In this document: positions 25,025 to 32,952 of the stretch, piece by piece | Numbering within the stretch: the stretch's first letter is position 1 | How the letters are laid out: every line of letters starts with the position of its first letter | The notes under the pieces: generated by a model | Databases searched by the model: none | Seen by the model: only the letters and a program-made list of their open reading frames with translations | What the model was told of the DNA's origin: nothing | Origin: a virus | Lineage: Duplodnaviria > Caudoviricetes | Direction: 5' to 3' (one strand) | Length of the DNA: 32,952 bases | Virus record (IMG/VR): IMGVR_UViG_3300025018_000372 | Span: 1 to 32,952 of that record | Made by a program: the position numbers and the translations under genes

Positions 25025-25551
25025 CACGCCACCTCCTCCAGCTCGGTTTCAAACGGGGTGACAACAAAATCTTCCCCCTGGGTAATGCTGACCCCCTGGA
25101 TGGTCGCGGCAATTTCCGGCTCGGCCAGCATCGCCTCCTTGTTGATGTCTTCAGCGACCCTTAAAAAGCGCTGCAAGCCGAGCTTTTTACAGGCGTCAAT
25201 AATGGTATCTTTGCCGCGCAGGCCGACTTTCGGCGGGCGCATGCGCCAGTTGATCTTGCCGCTGGCCAGCAGGGCGAATTTGACCTTGCCCCCCTGGGTG
25301 AGCTGGTTGCGGTTGGCCTCGCACCAGATTTGCACGCCTTCGGACAGCTCTTTGATTTGCTGCCCCAGGGGCTGCGCCTGGTCTTCGTAGCGCTGCTTGA
25401 TGACGGCGATTTCGTCGTTCATGGCGGTGGAGATGCGGATGCGCTCGCGTTGCAAACGGCCGATTTCGGCAATCTGCTCGACCGTGGCATCGTGGCTTTG
25501 GGGCACGGCAATGGCGCGCGAGGTGGCTTTGATTTTGGTGTTTTTTTTCAT
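25024..25551 (-). CDS. gam: Gam host-nuclease inhibitor
   Basis: MNDEIAVIK..WCEANR..GKINWRMRPPKV..EDINKEAML..EDFVVTP. Confidence 0.9.
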   Translation of the reverse strand: MKKNTKIKATSRAIAVPQSHDATVEQIAEIGRLQRERIRISTAMNDEIAVIKQRYEDQAQPLGQQIKELSEGVQIWCEANRNQLTQGGKVKFALLASGKINWRMRPPKVGLRGKDTIIDACKKLGLQRFLRVAEDINKEAMLAEPEIAATIQGVSITQGEDFVVTPFETELEEVA

Positions 25552-25958
25552 GGGGCGACCTTTCTCTTTTGGTAGGTTTTCTTGTGGGGGTTGTCGATCC
25601 AGCCTTGGTCTGCGGCGGCGCTGATATAGGGTGGTGGCGTGGTCATGTCGGTGTTGAGCCATTTGTAGTGTCGGTCGGCGCATTTTTGGCACAGCTTGAA
25701 TTTGCTGTGACTGTAAACCCCTGCGCAGCCCTCACGGGTGCAGGGCTTTTTTGCGTAGTTTGTGCGCGGTGTGGGTGCGCTGCTTTCCGGCGCGGGGCGG
25801 TGCTGGCGCACGCGCGGGGCGGCGATGCTGCGCGGTTCGCTTTTCATCCAGCCGCAGCGGATACAGCTGATCTGGTCGAGGGCGACGCCCTGTGCGAGTT
25901 GACTGGTCTGGGCGTACAGGGCTCCGCGCCCGGCGCGGCATTTCGGGCACTGGGTCAT
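25548..25958 (-). CDS. Zinc-finger hypothetical protein
   Basis: CPKC, CIRCG, CTREGC, CQKC; ATGA-coupled. Confidence 0.6.
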   Translation of the reverse strand: MTQCPKCRAGRGALYAQTSQLAQGVALDQISCIRCGWMKSEPRSIAAPRVRQHRPAPESSAPTPRTNYAKKPCTREGCAGVYSHSKFKLCQKCADRHYKWLNTDMTTPPPYISAAADQGWIDNPHKKTYQKRKVAP

Positions 25959-26281
25959 GGTTTTTTCCCTCCGTGGCAGCTGGGACAGGTGCGGCGCAGG
26001 TCGGCGGTTTGGCCGCTGCTGGGGACGTGGGGCAGTTCCAGGCGGCGGCGGGCTTCGATGCAGTCGGCTAAATAGACCTCGCCCATGACGGGGCAATGAA
26101 CGGTGGTGCTGGCAAAGCTGGCTTCGATCAGTTCAAGGATGGTGTCGGGGTCTCCGGCGTATTTGCCGCTCATGACCTGCGACACGGCGCTGGCGCTGCG
26201 CCCGATGCGGCGGGCGACTTCGGCCTGGCCGACGTCATCGACGGCGCGTTTGGCGATGATCATGCGTTCGGTTTTGGTCAT
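25955..26281 (-). CDS. XRE-HTH protein with C-terminal Cys cluster
   Basis: GQAEVARRIGRSASAVSQVMSGKY..CPVMG..C..CPSC. Confidence 0.75.
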   Translation of the reverse strand: MTKTERMIIAKRAVDDVGQAEVARRIGRSASAVSQVMSGKYAGDPDTILELIEASFASTTVHCPVMGEVYLADCIEARRRLELPHVPSSGQTADLRRTCPSCHGGKKP

Positions 26282-26853
26282 GCGCTCACCTGCTCTTTCC
26301 AAACGATTTCGCCTAGGTTGGGGTCGTACACCTGCTTGGTGCGCTGGATCTGCGGCGGTTTTGGGCCGGTGCGCTTAATGAGGGTATAGGTGCCGTTGGC
26401 GTGTTTGCGCAGGTAGCCTGCGGCGGCGAGGGTCGCGCAGTAGATGCGGGCCTCGCCTGCGGCGACCGGGTGTTCTTCGGTGCTGGCAAAAACGGCGAGA
26501 TCGGCGCTGCTGAAGCTGCTGAAAATGCGCATGGTTTCCCACAGTTGTTCGCGTCCGCGCCCCTGGGTGACCTCGCTGCCGTCACGCCGCACGCGCGGGG
26601 CTTCGATGCCGCAATCGTTGACCAGGGTGTAAATTTTGGCGGGGTGCGGCACGCCGCTGCCGGTTTCCTGGTGGGCGCTGAGGATGCCCGCAGCGGTGAG
26701 GCCAATGAGATATTCGCCAGTTTGGCTGGTGGTGCAGCGGGTTTCAATGCGCAGCTCGCGGGCGGTGAAGGGCCGCCCGAAATTGCGGATGGCGGCCCAC
26801 AGGGCATCGCGGGTTTGCAGGCTGCTGATTTGGTCGGCGGGTTTGCGCGCCAT
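26278..26853 (-). CDS. Conserved Mu-like tandem wHTH protein downstream of MuB
   Basis: LWAAIR..EAPRVRRDG..EQLWETMR..YLR..TGPKPPQIQRTKQVYDPNLG. Confidence 0.75.
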   Translation of the reverse strand: MARKPADQISSLQTRDALWAAIRNFGRPFTARELRIETRCTTSQTGEYLIGLTAAGILSAHQETGSGVPHPAKIYTLVNDCGIEAPRVRRDGSEVTQGRGREQLWETMRIFSSFSSADLAVFASTEEHPVAAGEARIYCATLAAAGYLRKHANGTYTLIKRTGPKPPQIQRTKQVYDPNLGEIVWKEQVSA

Positions 26854-26854
26854 G

Positions 26855-27592
26855 TCACACCGCCTTTCGAGGGGCGGGGCTGTGGCCGGTGTACCAGCCG
26901 CGCTCGCCCCAGGTTTGCAGGCTGATGGTGCCCAGGGCAGCGGCTTCGTTGCGCGCCCGGTTGAGGTTGACAACGACGCGGCGGGTGTTGCCGCCGGTCT
27001 GTTTCATCAGTTCATCAAGCCAGTCTTGACCGACGGCCACGCCGGTGCAGTAGAGTTTTGCCAGCACACGCAGATCGTTGGCATCGGCGGGCTGGGCGGC
27101 GACGGGCTTTAAGATGCGGCTGTGAACGCGTTCCCAGCGCTCTAGTTTTTTCATCAGCAGCTCTTCGCCCGACAGCACCACGCACACGCGGCTTTTGTCC
27201 ATTAACCCCCTGACCATTTCCATGCAGCTGTTTTTCGCGAGGTGGTCGGCTTCATCTAATATGAGGGGGCGGCCTGACAGGCGCAGCTGCTCGACGGCCT
27301 GGTCGAACATTTCGGCGACGTTGTTGGCGGCGGGGATGCTCATTTCATAGAGGATGGCGCGCAGAAGGCTTTTGCGCGTCCAGTGGTCACAGCATTCGAC
27401 CCGATAGCCGCGCACCTTGGCGCGCACGTAGTTGCAGGCGGTGGTTTTTCCGTAACCTGCGTGTCCATGGAATGCTACGAACATTCCGCCATTTTCGCGG
27501 CAATAGCTGATGGCGCTGGAGACTTCGCCAAGCAGCAGCCCCACGTTGCTTAAAGGGGCGATGGTGTTGATGTTGTCGTGATTTTGTGTCAA
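26855..27592 (-). CDS. MuB-like AAA ATPase (transposition protein B)
   Basis: TTG start after AAGGAGG; Walker A GHAGYGKT, Walker B LILDEAD. Confidence 0.88.
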   Translation of the reverse strand: MTQNHDNINTIAPLSNVGLLLGEVSSAISYCRENGGMFVAFHGHAGYGKTTACNYVRAKVRGYRVECCDHWTRKSLLRAILYEMSIPAANNVAEMFDQAVEQLRLSGRPLILDEADHLAKNSCMEMVRGLMDKSRVCVVLSGEELLMKKLERWERVHSRILKPVAAQPADANDLRVLAKLYCTGVAVGQDWLDELMKQTGGNTRRVVVNLNRARNEAAALGTISLQTWGERGWYTGHSPAPRKAV

Positions 27593-27630
27593 GATGTCCT
27601 CCTTCTTCCTTTAGCGGTCTTCCCGCTGGC

Positions 27631-27661
27631 AAGGCCCCTGTCCACAGCAGGGGCTTTTTTT
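27631..27661 (+). terminator. Hairpin with T-tract on the + strand between MuA and MuB
   Basis: AAGGCCCCTG TCCACAG CAGGGGCTTTTTTT. Confidence 0.55.
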
Positions 27662-29735
27662 ATATGGCCTGATCGGCCTGATCAAAATCGGCATGAAAAT
27701 CCATCATTATTTTGCATTCTTCACTGCCGGTGTAACGGCTGATAAAGGCGCTTTCATCGGCGCTTAATGGGTGGCCGGTGTCGCGTTTTTCGCACAGGGC
27801 GACCCATACGCGATGGCGTTTGACAGGGTTATCGCCGGGGTCGAAGCTGGCGACGGGTTCGGCCATACTGGTGACGGCCAGGGCGCGAGCGGCTTCGATC
27901 TGCTGTGGGCTGGGGGCGATTTCGACCAGGCCGCGGCGTTCGGCTTCGACCTCTTCGAGCTGGTTTTCAAGCCGCTTGCGGCGCCCTTCGGCGCGTTTTT
28001 CTATGGCAACTTCGGTGGCCGATACGGCGAACATGCGGCTGCGGTTGCCGTCGAATTCGGCTTTGCAGATCAGTTTTTCGTTCAGTTCGCGCACGTAGAC
28101 GAACTGACCGTTTTGCGGTTCGTATTCAACGAAAACCTGTTCGCCGGCGTGGTGTTTGAGGTTGCTGTTGAAATAGGTGTTGCCGAACAGGCGCACTTCG
28201 CCGCGCCGGGTGGCGACTTGCACGCGTGGGCGGAACAGATCGTCGAGTTCGCCGGGGGTGCAGGTGTCGGGGCACCAGCCGCGCGCCAGAAAGCTGTCGT
28301 ACATTTCGTTGGGGGTCAGGTGGCGGCGTTTGCCGCTTTGGTCGGTGATTTTCGGCAAACTGCTGTGGGGGGTGTCGTTATAGTGGTCAACGGCCTGCTG
28401 GCACAGGTCGAGAAATTGCGGCCAGCTGGGCAGCAGCTTGCTTTTGCCGGTTTTGCGGATGTCGCTGAGCAGCAGGCGGCTGGTCTTGTGCTGCACGCTG
28501 CTGTCCATGCCGGTACCGGTGTAGGTTTGCAACCGTTTGGCGGCCCGCACCCACAGGGTGGATTGCATGCGCTCGACCAGGCCACGCGCCTGGCTGTTGC
28601 CGACGATGCCGGTTTTAAAGGTAATGCCCAGCCGCGCATAGCGCCCGAACGCCGGGTCGGCATTGACCTTGGCTTTATTGCCGCTGCCGGGATCGGTGTA
28701 AAAAATGGCCGGGATGCCGCCGCGTTCGTTGCCGGGAGATATCTGGATGGCATGCCGCAGGGCGTCGGCGACGGTTTGCGCGCTTTCGGCGAGACCGGCC
28801 GACCAGCCGATGACGCACCGGGTGGCGGCGTCGATCACGGCGCACACTTCGGGGTGAAAGGGCCTGCCGTGCACCGGGTGGGCGATTTGGGCCTTGAAGC
28901 TGTGGCCGTCGCACAGAGTGACTTCCAGGGGCACCAGGTCGCTGGTGTCGCGGCGGCGGCAGGGCAAAATGGCGCGCAGTTCCTTGTCGCTGCGGCGGCC
29001 GCGTTCGCGGTCGACTTTGCTCATTTTTCCGAGCAAGCGGCGAGCCTGGGCGGCGCTGGGCATGGCGATTTGTTCGGGCAGCAGCAACGCCAGCTCTTCC
29101 AGCGCCATGGGGACGCTGGGTTTCTGCGGCTTTTGATAGCATCCCAGGAAAAACGGAGCCCAGGCGGGGATTTCGGCTTTTTGCTTTTCGACCGGGGCCA
29201 GGGCGGTGGTGCCGATGGCGCGCAGCTCGCGCCAGCGAAACAGTGTACGGCGGCTGAGGGTGCGCTGACCGTTGTCGCAGCCAAAGCGGGCGTTGGCGAC
29301 GGGGATAAGGGCCTGAATATGGGGGGGCAGCAGTTCGTTTTTCGCCTGGGCAATGACCCGGTCAATGGCTTTGTTGAGGGTGCTTTTTCCGGCGAGCTGC
29401 TCGACCACCGCCAATATTTGCAACCGGGCGTCCATGGTGTCGCGCTGCCACTTTGCCAGGCTGGCGGGTGCGGGCAGTGAATCGGCCAGGGCCAGGGCGG
29501 TGGTTTTTTTGATTTCCGGCAGGCTGCACAGGGTTTCGGGCAGGGCCAGAATGGCGGCATCGAGCAGCGCGGTACGCGTTGCGGCCGGCAGGCTGGCGGG
29601 GTTGTATTCCAGGGCTTTGCTGCCGCTGCGCTTGCGTCCGGCCCAGTTTTCGCGCTTGGCGAGCAACTGGACACCGCGCTCGGTTGATGGCATACCCGGC
29701 AAGCCCGCCAGTTCTTTTGCTGTGGGCCAGTTCAT
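27660..29735 (-). CDS. MuA-like DDE transposase
   Basis: N-terminal Mu HTH (TAKELAGLPGMP), CDGH, YTDPGSG, GLVER catalytic motifs, YNDTPHSSL, Mu-transposase C-terminal region. Confidence 0.93.
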   Translation of the reverse strand: MNWPTAKELAGLPGMPSTERGVQLLAKRENWAGRKRSGSKALEYNPASLPAATRTALLDAAILALPETLCSLPEIKKTTALALADSLPAPASLAKWQRDTMDARLQILAVVEQLAGKSTLNKAIDRVIAQAKNELLPPHIQALIPVANARFGCDNGQRTLSRRTLFRWRELRAIGTTALAPVEKQKAEIPAWAPFFLGCYQKPQKPSVPMALEELALLLPEQIAMPSAAQARRLLGKMSKVDRERGRRSDKELRAILPCRRRDTSDLVPLEVTLCDGHSFKAQIAHPVHGRPFHPEVCAVIDAATRCVIGWSAGLAESAQTVADALRHAIQISPGNERGGIPAIFYTDPGSGNKAKVNADPAFGRYARLGITFKTGIVGNSQARGLVERMQSTLWVRAAKRLQTYTGTGMDSSVQHKTSRLLLSDIRKTGKSKLLPSWPQFLDLCQQAVDHYNDTPHSSLPKITDQSGKRRHLTPNEMYDSFLARGWCPDTCTPGELDDLFRPRVQVATRRGEVRLFGNTYFNSNLKHHAGEQVFVEYEPQNGQFVYVRELNEKLICKAEFDGNRSRMFAVSATEVAIEKRAEGRRKRLENQLEEVEAERRGLVEIAPSPQQIEAARALAVTSMAEPVASFDPGDNPVKRHRVWVALCEKRDTGHPLSADESAFISRYTGSEECKIMMDFHADFDQADQAI

Positions 29736-29890
29736 GGCGTGTCTCGCAATAAATGGAGGGCACACCCGCCCACGGCAAAGAATATCAGGCCCGCAATATT
29801 GACAACCGGAAACAGGGGGCCGTCGCTGCCGGTGAGCAGCAGGCCCAGAAGCACCAGGGACATGGCGAATGTGGTGATAAACAGTTTCAT
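29732..29890 (-). CDS. 52-aa two-TM membrane peptide
   Basis: MKLFITTFAMSLVLLGLLLTGSDGPLFPVVNIAGLIFFAVGG..; AGGAG RBS; ATGA overlaps. Confidence 0.6.
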   Translation of the reverse strand: MKLFITTFAMSLVLLGLLLTGSDGPLFPVVNIAGLIFFAVGGCALHLLRDTP

Positions 29891-30357
29891 GGCTGGGCTC
29901 CTAATTCTTTCAGAAACAGCTCGCGGCGGCGGCGCTCGCGGCTGATTTTTTGCTCGTCTTCGCGCAACCGCTGCACCTCGGCCCGCAGGGCGTCGGCACC
30001 TGGCAGGGTGTACACCCCGGCGGCTTCGGCCAGCACCCGCAGCGGTTCGGTGTTGCCGGTGGCGTGGCACAGGGCGGGCACAAATTCGGCGGGCAGGCGG
30101 TGGGGGTGGCTTTCGGCCACCCAGCCGTTGATCATGTGCACGCTGATATCGGCCCCGGTCAGCTGTGCCATCTCATCGGCCAGGGTTTCGCGGCTTTTGG
30201 GGGCCAACTTAATGGCCTGCTTGACGGCAGACATCAGCCGGGCCGAAACGCACAGGCTGCCGGGGGCCACGTCGACCCGCTCTTCGCGTTCGGCTTTCAG
30301 CAGGTCGAGCAGGCTGAGCTGCGCCGGATCGTCAAATTTTTTGTGTGTTTTTGTCAT
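29887..30357 (-). CDS. Phage regulatory protein (CII-like/conserved Mu-like)
   Basis: SRETLADEM..ISVHMINGWVAES..HRLPAEFVPALCHATG. Confidence 0.7.
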   Translation of the reverse strand: MTKTHKKFDDPAQLSLLDLLKAEREERVDVAPGSLCVSARLMSAVKQAIKLAPKSRETLADEMAQLTGADISVHMINGWVAESHPHRLPAEFVPALCHATGNTEPLRVLAEAAGVYTLPGADALRAEVQRLREDEQKISRERRRRELFLKELGAQP

Positions 30358-30384
30358 TGAACCCACCTTAAAATTCAAGTAGTG

Positions 30385-30582
30385 TTAGGCTGCCAAGCGA
30401 GGAAACAGCTTTGCGACCGGTTGGCCCAGACGGCGAGCAATTTCGGTGCTGACCCTGCGGCTTTTGCTGGCGCCAACAATGACGCCATGGACGGCTTGCA
30501 CGGAAACACCAAGATGGTTGGCAATTTCCACTTGTTTGATGCCGCGAGCGACCAGTAAAGATTTGATTTTTTGAGGACTCAT
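30385..30582 (-). CDS. Ner/Cro-like HTH regulator
   Basis: MSPQKIKSLLVARGIKQVEIANHLGVSVQAVHGVI.G...SRRV..IARRLG; AAGGA RBS; divergent from the repressor. Confidence 0.8.
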   Translation of the reverse strand: MSPQKIKSLLVARGIKQVEIANHLGVSVQAVHGVIVGASKSRRVSTEIARRLGQPVAKLFPRLAA

Positions 30583-30659
30583 AGTGGGTTGTCCTTTATC
30601 TAGGTGACTTTTTATTTTTTTTGTTTTCTGTGGTTTAGTTTTCAAGCTGTTATTGGGGG

Positions 30660-30689
30660 ACTATACGCGTATTAAATTACGTGAGTCAA
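30660..30689 (-). promoter_or_regulatory. Early lytic promoter (Pe-like)
   Basis: TTGACT-N18-TATAGT on the minus strand. Confidence 0.6.
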
Positions 30690-30701
30690 GTATTATTTTG
30701 T

Positions 30702-30834
30702 ATTTCGGATTCTAAAATTTTAATAATGGTGGCTTCTTTGCGTATTATTGTTGAAAATCGCGTATTTAAATCTATCCGAAACGTATTTTTTTATTTCGGA
30801 TTCATTTCGGATTCGACCGCATGCAATCCGAAAT
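30702..30834. promoter_or_regulatory. Operator-like repeats in the immunity region
   Basis: ATTTCGGATTC at 30702, 30793 and 30804; inverted ATCCGAAA at 30774 and 30826. Confidence 0.6.
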
Positions 30835-31291
30835 AAAAAAAGGCATTCCAAGTCGGTTAAAAATCCTTCGCAATAGCCTTGGGATAAACCAACATGAAAT
30901 GGCCGATAGGCTAGGGATCAGTCATGGTGCCTGGCAAAGCTACGAGATCGGGAGAAGTGCTCCAGGGTCTGGGGTTATTGAGGCTCTTTCTCTGGAAGGG
31001 TTTTCTGCTGACTGGGTTTTAATCGGTGAAGGCCCGATGCGGCGCGACCAGGGCGAGGGCGTGCATGCGGTCATTACGGGGGCCAGGGGGATAACCCAGG
31101 TGGGGGGGCATGGGAATCTGGTGACAGGGTCAACGGTGGGGGCCAGTGTGGTTGAGGAGGCACCAGGCACGTTTGTTTTAAGCCCGGATCTTGGCGAGTT
31201 ACTTGAATTGCTGTCGGCTTATGGAAGCCCTGCCATTGTGGCGGAGTTTAAACGTAAGTTATTAAAAATAAAAGAGATTACGGAGGGCTAA
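30821..31291 (+). CDS. Phage repressor (XRE HTH, no S24 peptidase domain)
   Basis: RLKILRNSLGINQHEMADRLGISHGAWQSYEIGRSAPG..SADWVLIGEGPM; divergent from ner. Confidence 0.85.
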   Translation: MQSEIKKGIPSRLKILRNSLGINQHEMADRLGISHGAWQSYEIGRSAPGSGVIEALSLEGFSADWVLIGEGPMRRDQGEGVHAVITGARGITQVGGHGNLVTGSTVGASVVEEAPGTFVLSPDLGELLELLSAYGSPAIVAEFKRKLLKIKEITEG

Positions 31292-31295
31292 ACCA

Positions 31296-31439
31296 ATGGA
31301 AAAAACAGGTGTTCAGGTGGATTGTGTGGCGACGGAGTGCCAGGGGGTTGTCCAGGTGGGGACGCGTCAGGCGCATATTGTGGTTAACGTGTCGGGGAGT
31401 TTTTTTAACGTTTTTGGTGGTGCTGTGCTGGTGCCTTGA
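31296..31439 (+). CDS. 47-aa peptide downstream of the repressor (not in ORF track)
   Basis: GGAGG RBS; MEKTGVQVDCVATECQGVVQVGTRQAHIVVNVSGSFFNVFGGAVLVP. Confidence 0.55.
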   Translation: MEKTGVQVDCVATECQGVVQVGTRQAHIVVNVSGSFFNVFGGAVLVP

Positions 31440-31479
31440 TCTGGCGATCCATTTTACAACGATGAGGTAAGGAGGGTTT

Positions 31480-32634
31480 ATGCAGGGTTTTACGGAGAAG
31501 GTTTTAAGGCATGCTGACCACGTAAAGGGGGTTGGTGTTCATTGCCAAACAGAAGAGACGACAAAGCAGGCGTTAATTTTGCCACTGCTTGATATTCTTG
31601 GTTTTTCTCCGTTTGATCCGACGCGAGTTAAGGCGGAGTACGGTGCGGATTTCCCTGGCGCGAAGGCTTCAGAGCGGGTTGATTATGCGTTGTTTTGTCA
31701 AAATCTGCCGGTGATGTTTATTGAGGCAAAGGCGTTCAGCGAAAAACTGACGAATCATTGCCCTCAGCTTGCGAGATATTTTAACGCAACGCCTGAGGTT
31801 GCGGTTGCTGCGATTACGAACGGGTGCGAATGGCGGTTTTTTACAGATTTAGATAATAAGAACATGATGGATCATTCTCCGTTTTTAACTATTAATTTCG
31901 CTGACTTGGATCGCTCATTAGTTAGTCGGCTTTCCTGTTTTCGCTATGACGAGTTCCAGCCTGGTGCGCTTCGTACATTGGCCGAAGAGACTGTTTACTT
32001 GACGGCCTTTACTGAGGCTATCAGCTCAAGCCTTCGAGAACCTGACGTTGATTTCGTGAGGTATGTTGCAGCAAGGGCCGGGATTCAACGGCAGTTAAAT
32101 GCAAAATTTATTGACTTAATAACCCCTATTGTCAAGGTGGCTGTCAGTAAAGCGGTGGGTGAAATGGTCGTGACTGGCTTGTCGATAAAAACCCAACAGG
32201 AGCCTGTTTCTGTCAAGAATGATCCTCTTGAAAATCCTGAGATTGATGATTATGCGGATGTCGTTGATCCGACAAACCCCCGAATTGTTACGACGTATGC
32301 TGAACGTAAAGTGTTCGATATTATTCAAAGTATATTAGGGGCAGATTCTGAAATTGTCGCAAAGGACACTGAAAGTTATTTTTCTATTTTATTCCAGGGA
32401 AAGGTAAACCGATGGTTAATGCGCTATCGTGAAGGGAAAAAGACAGCGACTGTCAGAATGTGCGTCTCGATGGATGATGCGCGGCGGGGTGAGGTGGAAA
32501 GGGCTGGCCTGGTTGTCGGCCCCGGGGATAATATCGAGATCCCAACGCCAGAGCATCTGTTGAGAATTTCAGGAATTATTTTTGATTCTTTTGCACACTG
32601 TAAAAACGATGAGAATTTCAAAAGGCCTATTTAA
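31480..32634 (+). CDS. HsdR_N-like PD-(D/E)xK restriction-endonuclease-like protein
   Basis: TEETTKQALILPLLDILGF, ERVDYAL, FIEAK, QLARYF, TNG.EWRFFTD; AAGGAGG RBS; AT-richer than the core genes. Confidence 0.8.
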   Translation: MQGFTEKVLRHADHVKGVGVHCQTEETTKQALILPLLDILGFSPFDPTRVKAEYGADFPGAKASERVDYALFCQNLPVMFIEAKAFSEKLTNHCPQLARYFNATPEVAVAAITNGCEWRFFTDLDNKNMMDHSPFLTINFADLDRSLVSRLSCFRYDEFQPGALRTLAEETVYLTAFTEAISSSLREPDVDFVRYVAARAGIQRQLNAKFIDLITPIVKVAVSKAVGEMVVTGLSIKTQQEPVSVKNDPLENPEIDDYADVVDPTNPRIVTTYAERKVFDIIQSILGADSEIVAKDTESYFSILFQGKVNRWLMRYREGKKTATVRMCVSMDDARRGEVERAGLVVGPGDNIEIPTPEHLLRISGIIFDSFAHCKNDENFKRPI

Positions 32635-32649
32635 TATGATTTATAGCTG

Positions 32650-32823
32650 GTGCCAAATATACCGTGAGATAGTGATTTTTTTGCTTTTTTTAGATCACGG
32701 TTGCTTTGGCACCACGTATCTTTTTAAACTAGCGTCAACCCCGCATTAAACCTGGCTTCCCCATCCTTTCCCGCTTGTTCCCATCCTTTCCCGGTTTAGT
32801 GCCAAACCAGGCGGTGGTTCATA
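32650..32823 (-). repeat. Phage terminus (repressor end) with putative transposase-binding repeats
   Basis: GTGCCAAA at 32650 and 32799, TTTGGCAC at 32705, direct repeat CCCATCCTTTCCCG at 32760 and 32780. Confidence 0.7.
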
Positions 32824-32952
32824 AACAGTCTAAAGATCTCGATGCTGCCGCCCTGGCTGATATTGGTGAAGAACTGGCGGATATCGTTATTTATGCTCTG
32901 TCCATGGCCAATTTTCTTAAGCTTGATCTGGCCCAAACCGTGCTGGCCAAAA
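32824..32952 (+). pseudogene. Host DNA: internal fragment of a MazG-like/dCTP pyrophosphatase gene interrupted by the phage end
   Basis: QSKDLDAAALADIGEELADIVIYALSMANFLKLDLAQTVLAK (EELAD motif). Confidence 0.7.

Larger units (their letters stand above)
55..32823 (-). mobile_element. Mu-like transposable prophage/phage genome, siphovirus-type tail, apparently complete
   Basis: MuA/MuB/Gam/GemA/Mor, Mu gp26-gp37-like head genes and a tail module in Mu order. Left terminus TGTAACC at 55; TTTGGCAC repeats at both ends. Right boundary uncertain by a few bp (32821, 32823 or 32827). Confidence 0.93.

Noticed and set aside
27771-29480. 569-aa + strand ORF
   Set aside because: Antisense shadow of MuA in GC-rich DNA; no recognisable motifs.
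31078-31142. G-runs (including G7) in the repressor gene as a G-quadruplex or phase-variation tract
   Set aside because: Explained by GGG Gly codons; the tract is short and there is no supporting evidence.
1-32952. tRNA/rRNA genes, tail sheath, integrase, DNA methyltransferase
   Set aside because: No recognisable signatures were found.

Overview
The window is an essentially complete (~32.8 kb) Mu-like transposable temperate phage with a non-contractile (siphovirus-type) tail, lying mostly on the minus strand. From right to left it holds: the repressor end (an HsdR_N-like nuclease moron, the repressor, a Ner/Cro-like HTH), early genes (MuA DDE transposase, MuB ATPase, Gam, Lar-like, GemA, Mor), lysis, packaging/head and tail genes. 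Both termini carry TTTGGCAC repeats and short, unrelated host flanks. The most notable items are: (1) a five-gene operon (19416-21695) running opposite to its neighbours, encoding fibre-like parts and an HExxH lipoprotein; (2) a type II hammerhead-like ribozyme in the early operon; (3) a GT32-like glycosyltransferase tightly coupled inside the tail operon; (4) a RHIM-like QVG motif shared by the repressor and a 47-aa peptide directly downstream; (5) REP-like palindromes placed upstream of the ribosome binding sites of head/tail genes; (6) a stand-alone NrdD glycyl-radical-domain peptide; (7) a PLA2-like protein in a lysis cassette with no visible spanins. All family calls come from motif recognition and synteny; no database searches were run.
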